A stretch of 64,000 nt of DNA from a virus. Lineage: Duplodnaviria; Caudoviricetes. The stretch spans positions 3,428 through 67,427 of the IMG/VR virus record IMGVR_UViG_3300031998_000072. One strand, written 5' to 3'. The notes beneath the pieces are model-generated. The model did not search any database. It was not told where the DNA came from and was given only the letters and a program-made list of their open reading frames with translations. Both the position numbers and the translations under genes were made by a program. Below are positions 28,457-36,401 of the stretch, one piece after another. Position 1 is the first letter of the stretch. Each line of letters starts with the position of its first letter.

Positions 28457-29193
28457 GTAAAGATAGGTGTTCTACCATAGACAGGAGTTGACGGTACAGG
28501 GCAGTTAGAAAGCCTATTATAGAGTGCGTCAACTTCATCAGTAAGACCCTTCTGAATGAATGCGTTGCTCTGAGCAGCAGTAAGCTGTCTCTCAAGGTCT
28601 GCAATCTTCTCATTCTTAGAGTCGATCTTGTCGTTGCACATCTGGTCTTTAATAGACTGAATGCCACCATTAATAGCGTTAAGAAGCAGCTGAGTATTCT
28701 GTGTATCAGTTGTTCTTGTATCGCAGGCTTCGCTAGCAATTGTAGCGCCAAGGTTAGCTGTAGCAAGACGGTTATCAGCACAGCACTGAGCAAGCTGAGC
28801 AGAAAGAGTGTTAATGTTCTGACCAATGAACTGAGTGTCAGTAAATCTCTGATTCATAGAGTCAATAGTTCCATTACATCTAGCAACTTCAGCATTTGCA
28901 AAGCCAGAGGTGATAGCAGACTGGATTCCGCTAAGTTGACTTGATAAACCTGAGTTATCAAATCCACGGTTAACATCATTCTGCGTCTGTGTGTTCCAGA
29001 GATAGGGCATTACTCCTTCAGAAGCATAACCGCCACCAAAGCCATTACCCCAGCCATTACCGCCGAGCAGAAGAAGGAGAATAATCCAAGCCCAATCTCC
29101 GCCCCAGCCGAAGCCGTTGCCGTTACATCCGTTGTAGCCGCCATACATAGGAGCCACAGGCATAACCATGTTGTCTGTTCCATTAGAAACCAT
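28429..29193 (-). CDS. Gly/Asn/Cys-rich TM plus coiled-coil protein (six-gene module)
   Basis: GFGWGGDWAWIILLLLLGGNGWGNGFGGG, QLAQCC, C-terminal CPVPS...CNNNCGCG. Confidence 0.8.
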   Translation of the reverse strand: MVSNGTDNMVMPVAPMYGGYNGCNGNGFGWGGDWAWIILLLLLGGNGWGNGFGGGYASEGVMPYLWNTQTQNDVNRGFDNSGLSSQLSGIQSAITSGFANAEVARCNGTIDSMNQRFTDTQFIGQNINTLSAQLAQCCADNRLATANLGATIASEACDTRTTDTQNTQLLLNAINGGIQSIKDQMCNDKIDSKNEKIADLERQLTAAQSNAFIQKGLTDEVDALYNRLSNCPVPSTPVYGRTPIFTCNNNCGCG

Positions 29194-29300
29194 TTCAGTT
29201 CCTCCTTTAAAAGTATTTTTCCATTGTTGCGCAACAAATAGAAACTTGTTTGGAGGTGCGGAATGGTGCGAATGGTGCGTAGTGCTTAAATATTAAGTTG

Positions 29301-29519
29301 TTATCTCATGAAATTTTGCATTTGCATGATTCTATTGACTTGATCCTGAGTTACCTGACCTGTTGTTAGCAAATGTTGAAGTATCTCATTAGGATTAGTC
29401 ATGCCTTGTGGTACACTATATTTAGTACTCAACATAGCAACCGGATCTTGCTTTAGTTGAGACAGCATTGTAAGCATATTAGGTCTTTGTTGAAACTGCT
29501 GAAATATCGGACTGCTCAT
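29301..29519 (-). CDS. small Q/M/N-rich protein (six-gene module)
   Basis: Overlaps the upstream gene by ATGA. Confidence 0.7.
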   Translation of the reverse strand: MSSPIFQQFQQRPNMLTMLSQLKQDPVAMLSTKYSVPQGMTNPNEILQHLLTTGQVTQDQVNRIMQMQNFMR

Positions 29520-29884
29520 TGTCTGTCCTCCTTAGCAGATTGATTCTTGTAATTATTCTGCCTTGGCTTCAACATTTCCTTAATCTCATTCTTGAAATTA
29601 TCAAAGTCAGATTTGCTTACATAATTATTAACTTGTTCAGGTGGATTCTCGATTCGCTCTACGTAATCAAGAATTCTAACTGGCAATGGTCTGCCAAACT
29701 GGTCAGTTGTCTTTGTATATATCACCGGAAGTTCTGTATCGATCAACACAGCGAACTGACCGGGAGCAACTGGATAAGCTTTGGCAGCTGCTTCACCTTG
29801 TACGTAAGCGCAAATGGGTGAATTAAAATTCTGTTGAGGGTAGTAAGCTCCTTGTAAAGACTGATTGTACCGCACCATAATCAT
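29516..29884 (-). CDS. hypothetical protein (six-gene module; likely start at MVRYN)
   Basis: YVQGEAAAKAYPVAPG...IYTKTTDQFGRP; C-terminal YVSKSDFDNFKNEI. Confidence 0.75.
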   Translation of the reverse strand: MIMVRYNQSLQGAYYPQQNFNSPICAYVQGEAAAKAYPVAPGQFAVLIDTELPVIYTKTTDQFGRPLPVRILDYVERIENPPEQVNNYVSKSDFDNFKNEIKEMLKPRQNNYKNQSAKEDRQ

Positions 29885-30279
29885 TTACCTTCTTTCTTAA
29901 AGTAATATAAAGGGATTTTGTTTCCACTATCCCAAGAATCATAGTAGTCGCCATCGATTACAGTAATAACGTGTGTTCCGGTGGCTAAAACATAAAGTCC
30001 TTTAGGATGGTCTCTACAAAAATCTCTAACAGTGTAGCAATCTGGACATTCATTTGGGATAATGTATCTCATGAAACCAGACTTTCGTAATAACGCAGGC
30101 CAATTTTCATTGGATGATGGCATCAGCTTGTTTTTAAATCCAAATTCAGCCAACATGCTATAAACATCATCCCAGTTTTTTCCAAAAGCCAACGTCAATG
30201 CTCTAATAACACAATCTCCAGTATTGTTTCCATATGGATTTGGGTTATAGAATATCCATTTCATATCACTTTGACTCAC
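29881..30279 (-). CDS. small papain-like (C39-like) Cys-His-Asp protein (six-gene module)
   Basis: NPNP...GDCVIRAL (Cys), THVITVIDG (His), YYDSWD (Asp). Confidence 0.55.
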   Translation of the reverse strand: MSQSDMKWIFYNPNPYGNNTGDCVIRALTLAFGKNWDDVYSMLAEFGFKNKLMPSSNENWPALLRKSGFMRYIIPNECPDCYTVRDFCRDHPKGLYVLATGTHVITVIDGDYYDSWDSGNKIPLYYFKKEGK

Positions 30280-30344
30280 TTTACTATAGATTTATGGTGC
30301 GTTTCTATAGTATCCTTACAAGTTTTAACATGCTTTTACAGCCT

Positions 30345-30409
30345 AGAAACTCCGCGAATACGTTCAGTATCAGCCGTAGCCAGTAGGGTTACTACCCACG
30401 GAGTTTCTA
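30345..30409. repeat. 11-bp inverted repeat enclosing two mini-hairpins
   Basis: TAGAAACTCCG / CGGAGTTTCTA. Confidence 0.7.
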
Positions 30410-30439
30410 CGCGGTAAAATGTAAATATAAAAATATCCA

Positions 30440-30500
30440 CCGGGGAATTTTCTAAGACCGCCGCGATGGCTATGGGGGGTATTATTTTCGAGACCCCCCT
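30440..30500. other. candidate cos / genome-end region
   Basis: GC-rich island (CCGGGG, GACCGCCGCGATGG, G6...C6 hairpin) in the largest non-coding gap, between the last replication-side gene and the first packaging-side gene. Confidence 0.45.
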
Positions 30501-30559
30501 CTAGGTACCTAATTCGATCCTCTACAGGGGATATCCTGGGTTTGATCCAAGATGCCTAT

Positions 30560-30660
30560 AAAAGCTCAAATTAACCTAAAAGGTGCAAAATTACTAAAAA
30601 TTAGTAAAAATTGCAAAAATTTTGATAAAAAGATTAAAATTCGTAAAATTAATTCAAAAT
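30560..30660 (+). repeat. phased A-tract array (bent DNA)
   Basis: 11 A3-5 tracts, most followed by TT, at ~9.6-bp mean spacing. Confidence 0.75.
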
Positions 30661-30696
30661 TGTTTAATTAATTGAATTAATTTTTTAATGAAACTA

Positions 30697-30859
30697 TTTA
30701 ATTATTGTTTAATTAAAATTTATTAGCATTAAAACAGTTATTTATACTTGAAAGGAGATTTCGCATGAACCTACACAAAGGCGTATGACAGATGATTTGA
30801 GGTTGACTATAAGCATAACCATAATAATGCTAATAAACTTTAATTAAACAATAATTAAA
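30697..30859. repeat. 35-bp inverted repeat (1 mismatch) flanking a 93-bp core
   Basis: 30697-30731 versus 30825-30859. Confidence 0.85.
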
Positions 30860-30896
30860 AGTTAAGAAAACGATTAATTATTGTTTAAAAAATGAA

Positions 30897-30940
30897 GATG
30901 GGGCCTTTTCTACGGTGCGGGGTAGTAGTATGACCCCATC
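30897..30940 (-). terminator. possible terminator of the RNAP operon
   Basis: GATGGGG/CCCCATC stem downstream of the 30977 stop, with a TTCATTTTTT run on the minus strand. Confidence 0.4.
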
Positions 30941-30976
30941 CTCAAGGGTATATAGAGAAGGTGTATGCCCCTATTA

Positions 30977-31249
30977 CTAGGGCTCCTCTATAGCAATGTA
31001 CTCGACCCCTTCTGGAAGTCTAGGATCAGGGTATTCTGCTGTGAGCTTGAGTATTTCTCTTACTGCATCATTACTAAACTTCTGATACAGTGTTGCTGGC
31101 ATCTCTATGTCTGTTTGAGACATACGGGCCAGGAACTCTTCACAACAGTACCCTTTTTGATGATCATAGTTTCTCCAATCAGTGTATTGAGTAAAGGGGT
31201 TGTAAGGGTTGTCTGTTGTAGATAGGAGGATTGCTTTTTCTTTTTCCAT
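30977..31249 (-). CDS. conserved hypothetical phage protein
   Basis: LSTTDNPYNPFTQY.DW..YD..KGY motif; RBS AGGAG. Confidence 0.7.
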   Translation of the reverse strand: MEKEKAILLSTTDNPYNPFTQYTDWRNYDHQKGYCCEEFLARMSQTDIEMPATLYQKFSNDAVREILKLTAEYPDPRLPEGVEYIAIEEP

Positions 31250-31263
31250 ACAATTCTCCTTTC

Positions 31264-34200
31264 TTACTTATACTTATTGACAGTTGAGGTTGAAATACCA
31301 AGGAGCTCTGCTACTTCTGTCTGTGTGTGTCCTGCAGCAAGTAGGGCTTTGATTCTCGACTGCCTAGCTGGTGTAATGCTAATCTCTTCAATTGGAGTTG
31401 CATACTTTGTAACAGTATCCAAATCTGTGTTGTCAAGTATTTCTTTTAACACGGACTTCCTTATGGCTCCTGCCTGTATCGCTTCCCATTCTCTTGGAGA
31501 GATTGTAATAGTCTGTTTCTTAGCACCAACCATTAATCTAGCTCCAGAAATGGCTTGATTAGCATATTTCTTTTTCTTTTCTTTGTCTTCTTTGATTGAA
31601 GGATCATCTTGCATCTTCTGTTTAAGAATAATATTAGCTAAAGCTGTTGCTTTTCTTTCAGCAGGTTTGTTAATCAATGCTGTTTTAAGACTCTTCTTAA
31701 GAGAATCAACTTCTGGCTTATACTTTAAAGCTGCTGCTTCATTATAAGGCTGATCTTCAACTTCAAGACTTGCTTTTCTTGCCTTATTTGCAAGAGCTTT
31801 AAGTTGATTGGCATAATTTGCATATGTTCTTTCAACTTCTGTTCCAATATGATCAGGACCAGATAACAATTCTCTTGCATCTTTAGCTTCTGCCATCTTA
31901 GTAGACTTAATAGTTCTTCTTTCTTGAGTCCACATCGGCTTTCCATTCTCATCGAGAACAGGAACTTTCTCACCTTTAACTGTTTTCATTACAGGTTTAT
32001 TGTAATATTCTTCAGTTTCAATATAGCGTTTTTCTCCTGTTTCTGGATCGATAGCACCACCTTCTGATTGTCTAGCCAATCTTCTAGTGTTAACTATTTG
32101 TGGAGACTTAGCTCTTGAAATTATTGTTTCAGCTCCGCCACCTTGTTGGTACTTATCTTTTAATGCTTGAATGCCGTTTTCAATATACGATCTACGAATA
32201 TCAAGGTTATGTTTTTCAGCATCAATAACTACCATTGAATGCTTAACTGCTCTAACAATTTCACTATTTGAAGCACCAAACTGCTGCATGTCAGTTATCA
32301 AGTTTGTTACTTTGCCCATTTCAATTTGGCAAGTTTGATGCTTAGGCTTTGGGGTTCCATCAGGTTTAGCATAAATTCCTGTATCAAAGTCTTTCAAACT
32401 AGCAAATGCAGGAAGAGTATTATCAATCCATTTAATCTCTTTATTATTGTTTGGAATAACAATTACTGTATCACCATCAAAGTCAGCACCAGACAACTGA
32501 TTTGCAACATGTTTATTAATCATGACAGCATCTCTTGGACTAGTACCAATTATTGATTGGCATTCTTTATTTGAGTTATTAACAATAAGATGAGGAATTT
32601 CAAACTTTCCTCCATGAGGATATCTAACAAGAACTACTTCTTCGCCATCTTTAAAATTAGGAGCATAAATCTCATTATCTTTCAAAGTAACAGAAGGAAT
32701 GATAACAGATGTAGCTTGTCTAGGAAGCGCTGCCGCTTTCAATCTTACTGCATCTGAATCGCACTTTTCTGCAAATGGCTCTAATAATCTTTTCTTAACT
32801 GCTGGATTTGTAAGTTGATTAATTCTTTCAAATTGATCTTCCTTAAGTTTAAATGCTTCATCAAGCTGTCTTTTTACAAGAGGATTAGGTTGCTTAGCTA
32901 AGAATTCTGAAGCAAGTGACTTTTGCCATTTAGACCAGTCGCCTTCTTCATTTACTTTATTAATACAACTAAGTTTCTTTTCTCCAGTATGAATATCAAT
33001 ATACTCATGCTGTCCACCAGCAAGCAGTTTAGAATCAGCTTCATCAGAACCAAGTTCTTCTGAAAGCTTAACCGATGCACCAAATGGATTATCTTTGTCA
33101 ACTGTTCCTGTTATCTTTCCAGTTTCAGGATCTTGTGAAAGACCTTTCATCAACTTAAGATGTTCAAGCTTATCTGTGTATTTACCAACAGACTCATGCT
33201 TTGAATTGACAATAATATCAATACCTTTAGGAACATCTTTAAAAGCATCTGCATTATATACAGCCATGCCTTTAATATATCTAGTTCCATCAACTGCAAT
33301 ACGAACCTGAGCATATGTTGAATTCTGCAACGACAAATCCTGAACTCCAGGACGAAGCTCAATAAGACCATCTCTTTCAAGACCGCCATGAGCTCCATCA
33401 CGAATATAAATTCTATCAGAATTAATAGATTCAGGAGTTCTTATACCAAGCCAAGTCTTACCATTATCAATAGAATGATACTCACCAAGAGTTTCAAGCT
33501 TGTTATCCTCAAGTACAGCTTTAACAGCTTCACTGTAAGTTGTTCCAGGAGGACATAAAACCTGAATTGATGTCTTTTGGCCAGGTAATTGTACTTGTTT
33601 AGCAGAAATATACTTAAGTTCATATCCTTGATCTTTTAAAGCAGCAATTGCAGTATTGAGTCTGGTTCTTGTAACACCAGCTAATAGCTCAGCAGATTTA
33701 CCAACATCAATGAATTGCTTTTGATCAACGGCTTCTTTGAGCATCTTAGTAGTATTATCAATTGCTTCTGCTTTCTCTCTAGCATTTGGAGCTAACAGAT
33801 TTCTAACAGTAGACTCTTTTGATTTGTCGCCAAACATCTTTTCTGCAATTGCAGTATTAGACATTCCTTTCTCATGAAGCTTAAGTGCTGTATTGATCTC
33901 ATTTTGCTTCTTAGCTTTAAGAGATACGGAATTTCTAGCTCTTAACTCATCAACAGTCATTTCTTTAGGCTGAAGCTTTCCATTTTCATCTAATTTAGGA
34001 ATTCGGTCACCCTTTTTGATTCCTAACTCAGGATTATCTTTTTCAGCAACAGTCATTTTATAACTATTCTTTGGAGTTAACATCTTTGCTATCTCTTTTG
34101 GAGTATAGCCTTGGCCTCTAAGTTTTGCTACTTCATCACAAAACCAAGGTTCTCTATCATATTCGTTGTCTCCATAATCAAAACCAGCAAACCAATCCTC

Positions 34201-34296
34201 ACGCTGATAAGGATTGTCACCGGAACCCCAAGGATAACGACCAGAATGACGCTTAGTGCCATAGTGCATCAAATAATCTTCATTTTCACTCATCAC
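31264..34296 (-). CDS. single-subunit two-barrel RNA polymerase (YonO / cellular RdRP-like) with HYG tag and HTH domains
   Basis: DPBB-A motif DGLIEL...YAQVRIAVDGTRYIKGMAVY; DPBB-B motif VLVRYPHGG...QLSGADFDGD; N- and C-terminal HTHs. Confidence 0.8.
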   Translation of the reverse strand: MMSENEDYLMHYGTKRHSGRYPWGSGDNPYQREDWFAGFDYGDNEYDREPWFCDEVAKLRGQGYTPKEIAKMLTPKNSYKMTVAEKDNPELGIKKGDRIPKLDENGKLQPKEMTVDELRARNSVSLKAKKQNEINTALKLHEKGMSNTAIAEKMFGDKSKESTVRNLLAPNAREKAEAIDNTTKMLKEAVDQKQFIDVGKSAELLAGVTRTRLNTAIAALKDQGYELKYISAKQVQLPGQKTSIQVLCPPGTTYSEAVKAVLEDNKLETLGEYHSIDNGKTWLGIRTPESINSDRIYIRDGAHGGLERDGLIELRPGVQDLSLQNSTYAQVRIAVDGTRYIKGMAVYNADAFKDVPKGIDIIVNSKHESVGKYTDKLEHLKLMKGLSQDPETGKITGTVDKDNPFGASVKLSEELGSDEADSKLLAGGQHEYIDIHTGEKKLSCINKVNEEGDWSKWQKSLASEFLAKQPNPLVKRQLDEAFKLKEDQFERINQLTNPAVKKRLLEPFAEKCDSDAVRLKAAALPRQATSVIIPSVTLKDNEIYAPNFKDGEEVVLVRYPHGGKFEIPHLIVNNSNKECQSIIGTSPRDAVMINKHVANQLSGADFDGDTVIVIPNNNKEIKWIDNTLPAFASLKDFDTGIYAKPDGTPKPKHQTCQIEMGKVTNLITDMQQFGASNSEIVRAVKHSMVVIDAEKHNLDIRRSYIENGIQALKDKYQQGGGAETIISRAKSPQIVNTRRLARQSEGGAIDPETGEKRYIETEEYYNKPVMKTVKGEKVPVLDENGKPMWTQERRTIKSTKMAEAKDARELLSGPDHIGTEVERTYANYANQLKALANKARKASLEVEDQPYNEAAALKYKPEVDSLKKSLKTALINKPAERKATALANIILKQKMQDDPSIKEDKEKKKKYANQAISGARLMVGAKKQTITISPREWEAIQAGAIRKSVLKEILDNTDLDTVTKYATPIEEISITPARQSRIKALLAAGHTQTEVAELLGISTSTVNKYK

Positions 34297-34856
34297 TAAA
34301 CCCCTTTCTGAATATCAAGTATTCGTTTATCGAATAATATTATCTTTGCCATTATCGCTCTAATAACTGCAGGTTCTGGTATCTCTTCCAGAATTTCATT
34401 GTTTTGATAAATTCTCAATACAATCATTATGTCTTCTGGATTCTTCTTATACTCAAGACAAAAGAAAGCAGCATAAATTTCAAGCTGTTCCATATGTGCC
34501 GGAGTAACACCAGTTTTTAAATCATGAATTCTTAAAACATTATTTCTAAAAGTTATAGAGTCTGTTGTTCCAAATGCATTGTCACTAAAATATAAAACTC
34601 TTTCAGGAGACATTCTATAACCAATAGCATCATTAACATATTCGTTCAATGTTAAATGAGCTCTTGTGTTAGGAAGCTTCTGACCAAGCTCTATACACTT
34701 AGCTGCAAATGCATGTAACTCAGTTCCTCTTTCGACAGCCAAATAATTTCTGTATGATTCAACTAACTTGTCTTCATCATAATTTATCCAGCTGTATTTG
34801 CTTGCACTTAGAAAGGCGTGCTTACCTACCTGATTCCAGTGCTCGTTGAAGATCAT
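34296..34856 (-). CDS. PD-(D/E)XK exonuclease (DUF2800/Cas4-like)
   Basis: HAFLSAS...GTELH...FGTTDSI...IHDLKTG...QLEIYA. Confidence 0.7.
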   Translation of the reverse strand: MIFNEHWNQVGKHAFLSASKYSWINYDEDKLVESYRNYLAVERGTELHAFAAKCIELGQKLPNTRAHLTLNEYVNDAIGYRMSPERVLYFSDNAFGTTDSITFRNNVLRIHDLKTGVTPAHMEQLEIYAAFFCLEYKKNPEDIMIVLRIYQNNEILEEIPEPAVIRAIMAKIILFDKRILDIQKGV

Positions 34857-35133
34857 TTAGAACCTCCTCTTTGTTACCAGGAAATATAAATGCTGAGAAC
34901 GACATCTTATTCATCAAGTCGACATAATAAGGTTGGTTCTTACGAGGATGGGTCATCTCATACTCATCCTTCTTGCATTCAAGAGTTCCCCATCTGTCAT
35001 TATACAATATCAATAAATCAGGAATACCTTGAATATGCTTGGCATCAAGTTTTGTAACTATAGCGCCAGGCAAGCGTTCCTTAATTTCTTTGACGAGGTC
35101 GCCTTGAAATTTTGATTCTTTCATAAATATCAA
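34822..35133 (-). CDS. VRR-NUC domain endonuclease
   Basis: ESKFQ...GIPDLLILY...LECKK...NQPYY. Confidence 0.8.
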   Translation of the reverse strand: MIFMKESKFQGDLVKEIKERLPGAIVTKLDAKHIQGIPDLLILYNDRWGTLECKKDEYEMTHPRKNQPYYVDLMNKMSFSAFIFPGNKEEVLNDLQRALESGR

Positions 35134-35174
35134 GCCTCCTCAAAAATTAATAAGAAAAGTACAAAATCCGTATT

Positions 35175-36401
35175 TTATCCCTCTCTTCTATTATATGCTA
35201 AGTTTTTTTCGCGAGCCAATTTTGCGAAAAATTTAGACTCATTAAAGTCTTTTTTCTTATTCAGTGTATTTCTAATACCATTATCAATAGATGATTTAGA
35301 AACCAAATGGTAATAATATAAATCCTTAAATGGTGTATTCCTTCTGTCAATTCTTCCAGCTGATTGTTTCATTGTCTTATAAGAATAATTCTGACTATAG
35401 AACACAGTTGTATCAGTCTCTATACAATTCCAAGCTTCGCTTCCTGAAGCATACTGAACAAGATAAATCCATTTGTCGCCTTTTGGAACTAACTCATGTT
35501 TATGACCATTCCATTCTTGGCATAGAATATCAATTTTCTTAGCGAAGTCTCTTAGCATCTCAAGCTCATAATCAAAGTTATAAAAAACAATAACCTTAAA
35601 TTTTTCTTCTATAATTTTTTGCAAAGCAATTAGTCGTCTAATATCACTGTTTACAACCTTTCTCATTAGATAGCATAATTGGCTTGCATTCTCTATCGGA
35701 CAATTATCATAAATGTTCCACCTATCTTTTACAATCAAATCATATTTCATTTTATCAAAGCCGCAGGTAATGAACATATGATGTTGAACTGTACTCTTGA
35801 CATAATCCATGTCAATCAATATTTGAGAACGATACAATATCAAGCGTCCAGTATTAATATACTTTTCAATCTTTGCAAAATTAGTAAACTTATTATAAAC
35901 TACATGTTGTTGACAAAAATCTGTTTTATTTCTATAGAAACCATTTGCAATGAATACTGGAATGTAATCAGACCATGTATCTCCTGGTGTAGCACTCAAT
36001 AAAATCCAATCATTATTCTTTGCAATCTTAATGAATGTTTTAGACCAAGCACCATAACCAACAACTCTTTGCTCATCAAATATAAAGAATGCATTTTCAA
36101 CATCTGCATATTTCTTAATATTATTCCATGAATCAATAACAGTACCTTCAACAAGAAGAAACCTTGAAAGTTCTTCTTCCCATTCTCGAGTATCTCTTTT
36201 ACGAGCTGTTGTTATAATATACAGTTTCTTAAATATCAATCTATCTTTCCAAGGATTTGTTTGTCCTTTACAAACCTTTTCATGGAAATATGCCAAAGCT
36301 GTAATAGATTTGCCTGAACCGGTGTCACCACACAAGATGGCACCGGTCTTCAGCATTTCTACAGCCTTTACTTGATAGTCGTCAAGTTTAGGCATTATCA
36401 A
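35175..36401 (-). CDS. SNF2/DEAD-like SF2 helicase
   Basis: GDTGSGKS, FIFDEQR, LLSATP, QSAGRIDR. Confidence 0.88.
   Translation of the reverse strand: MIMPKLDDYQVKAVEMLKTGAILCGDTGSGKSITALAYFHEKVCKGQTNPWKDRLIFKKLYIITTARKRDTREWEEELSRFLLVEGTVIDSWNNIKKYADVENAFFIFDEQRVVGYGAWSKTFIKIAKNNDWILLSATPGDTWSDYIPVFIANGFYRNKTDFCQQHVVYNKFTNFAKIEKYINTGRLILYRSQILIDMDYVKSTVQHHMFITCGFDKMKYDLIVKDRWNIYDNCPIENASQLCYLMRKVVNSDIRRLIALQKIIEEKFKVIVFYNFDYELEMLRDFAKKIDILCQEWNGHKHELVPKGDKWIYLVQYASGSEAWNCIETDTTVFYSQNYSYKTMKQSAGRIDRRNTPFKDLYYYHLVSKSSIDNGIRNTLNKKKDFNESKFFAKLAREKNLAYNRREG
35190..35215 (-). promoter_or_regulatory. variant promoter CTCGCG-N14-TATAAT
   Basis: Same spacing as 11 other sites; lies upstream of VRR-NUC, the exonuclease and the RNAP. 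Confidence 0.55.

Noticed and set aside
30765-30788. MNLHKGV as an arbitrium-type signal peptide
   Set aside because: No secretion signal or precursor, no RRNPP receptor and no lysogeny module are present.
34296-34856. Cas4 as part of a CRISPR system
   Set aside because: No array or other cas genes; it sits in an ordinary phage recombination/replication context.
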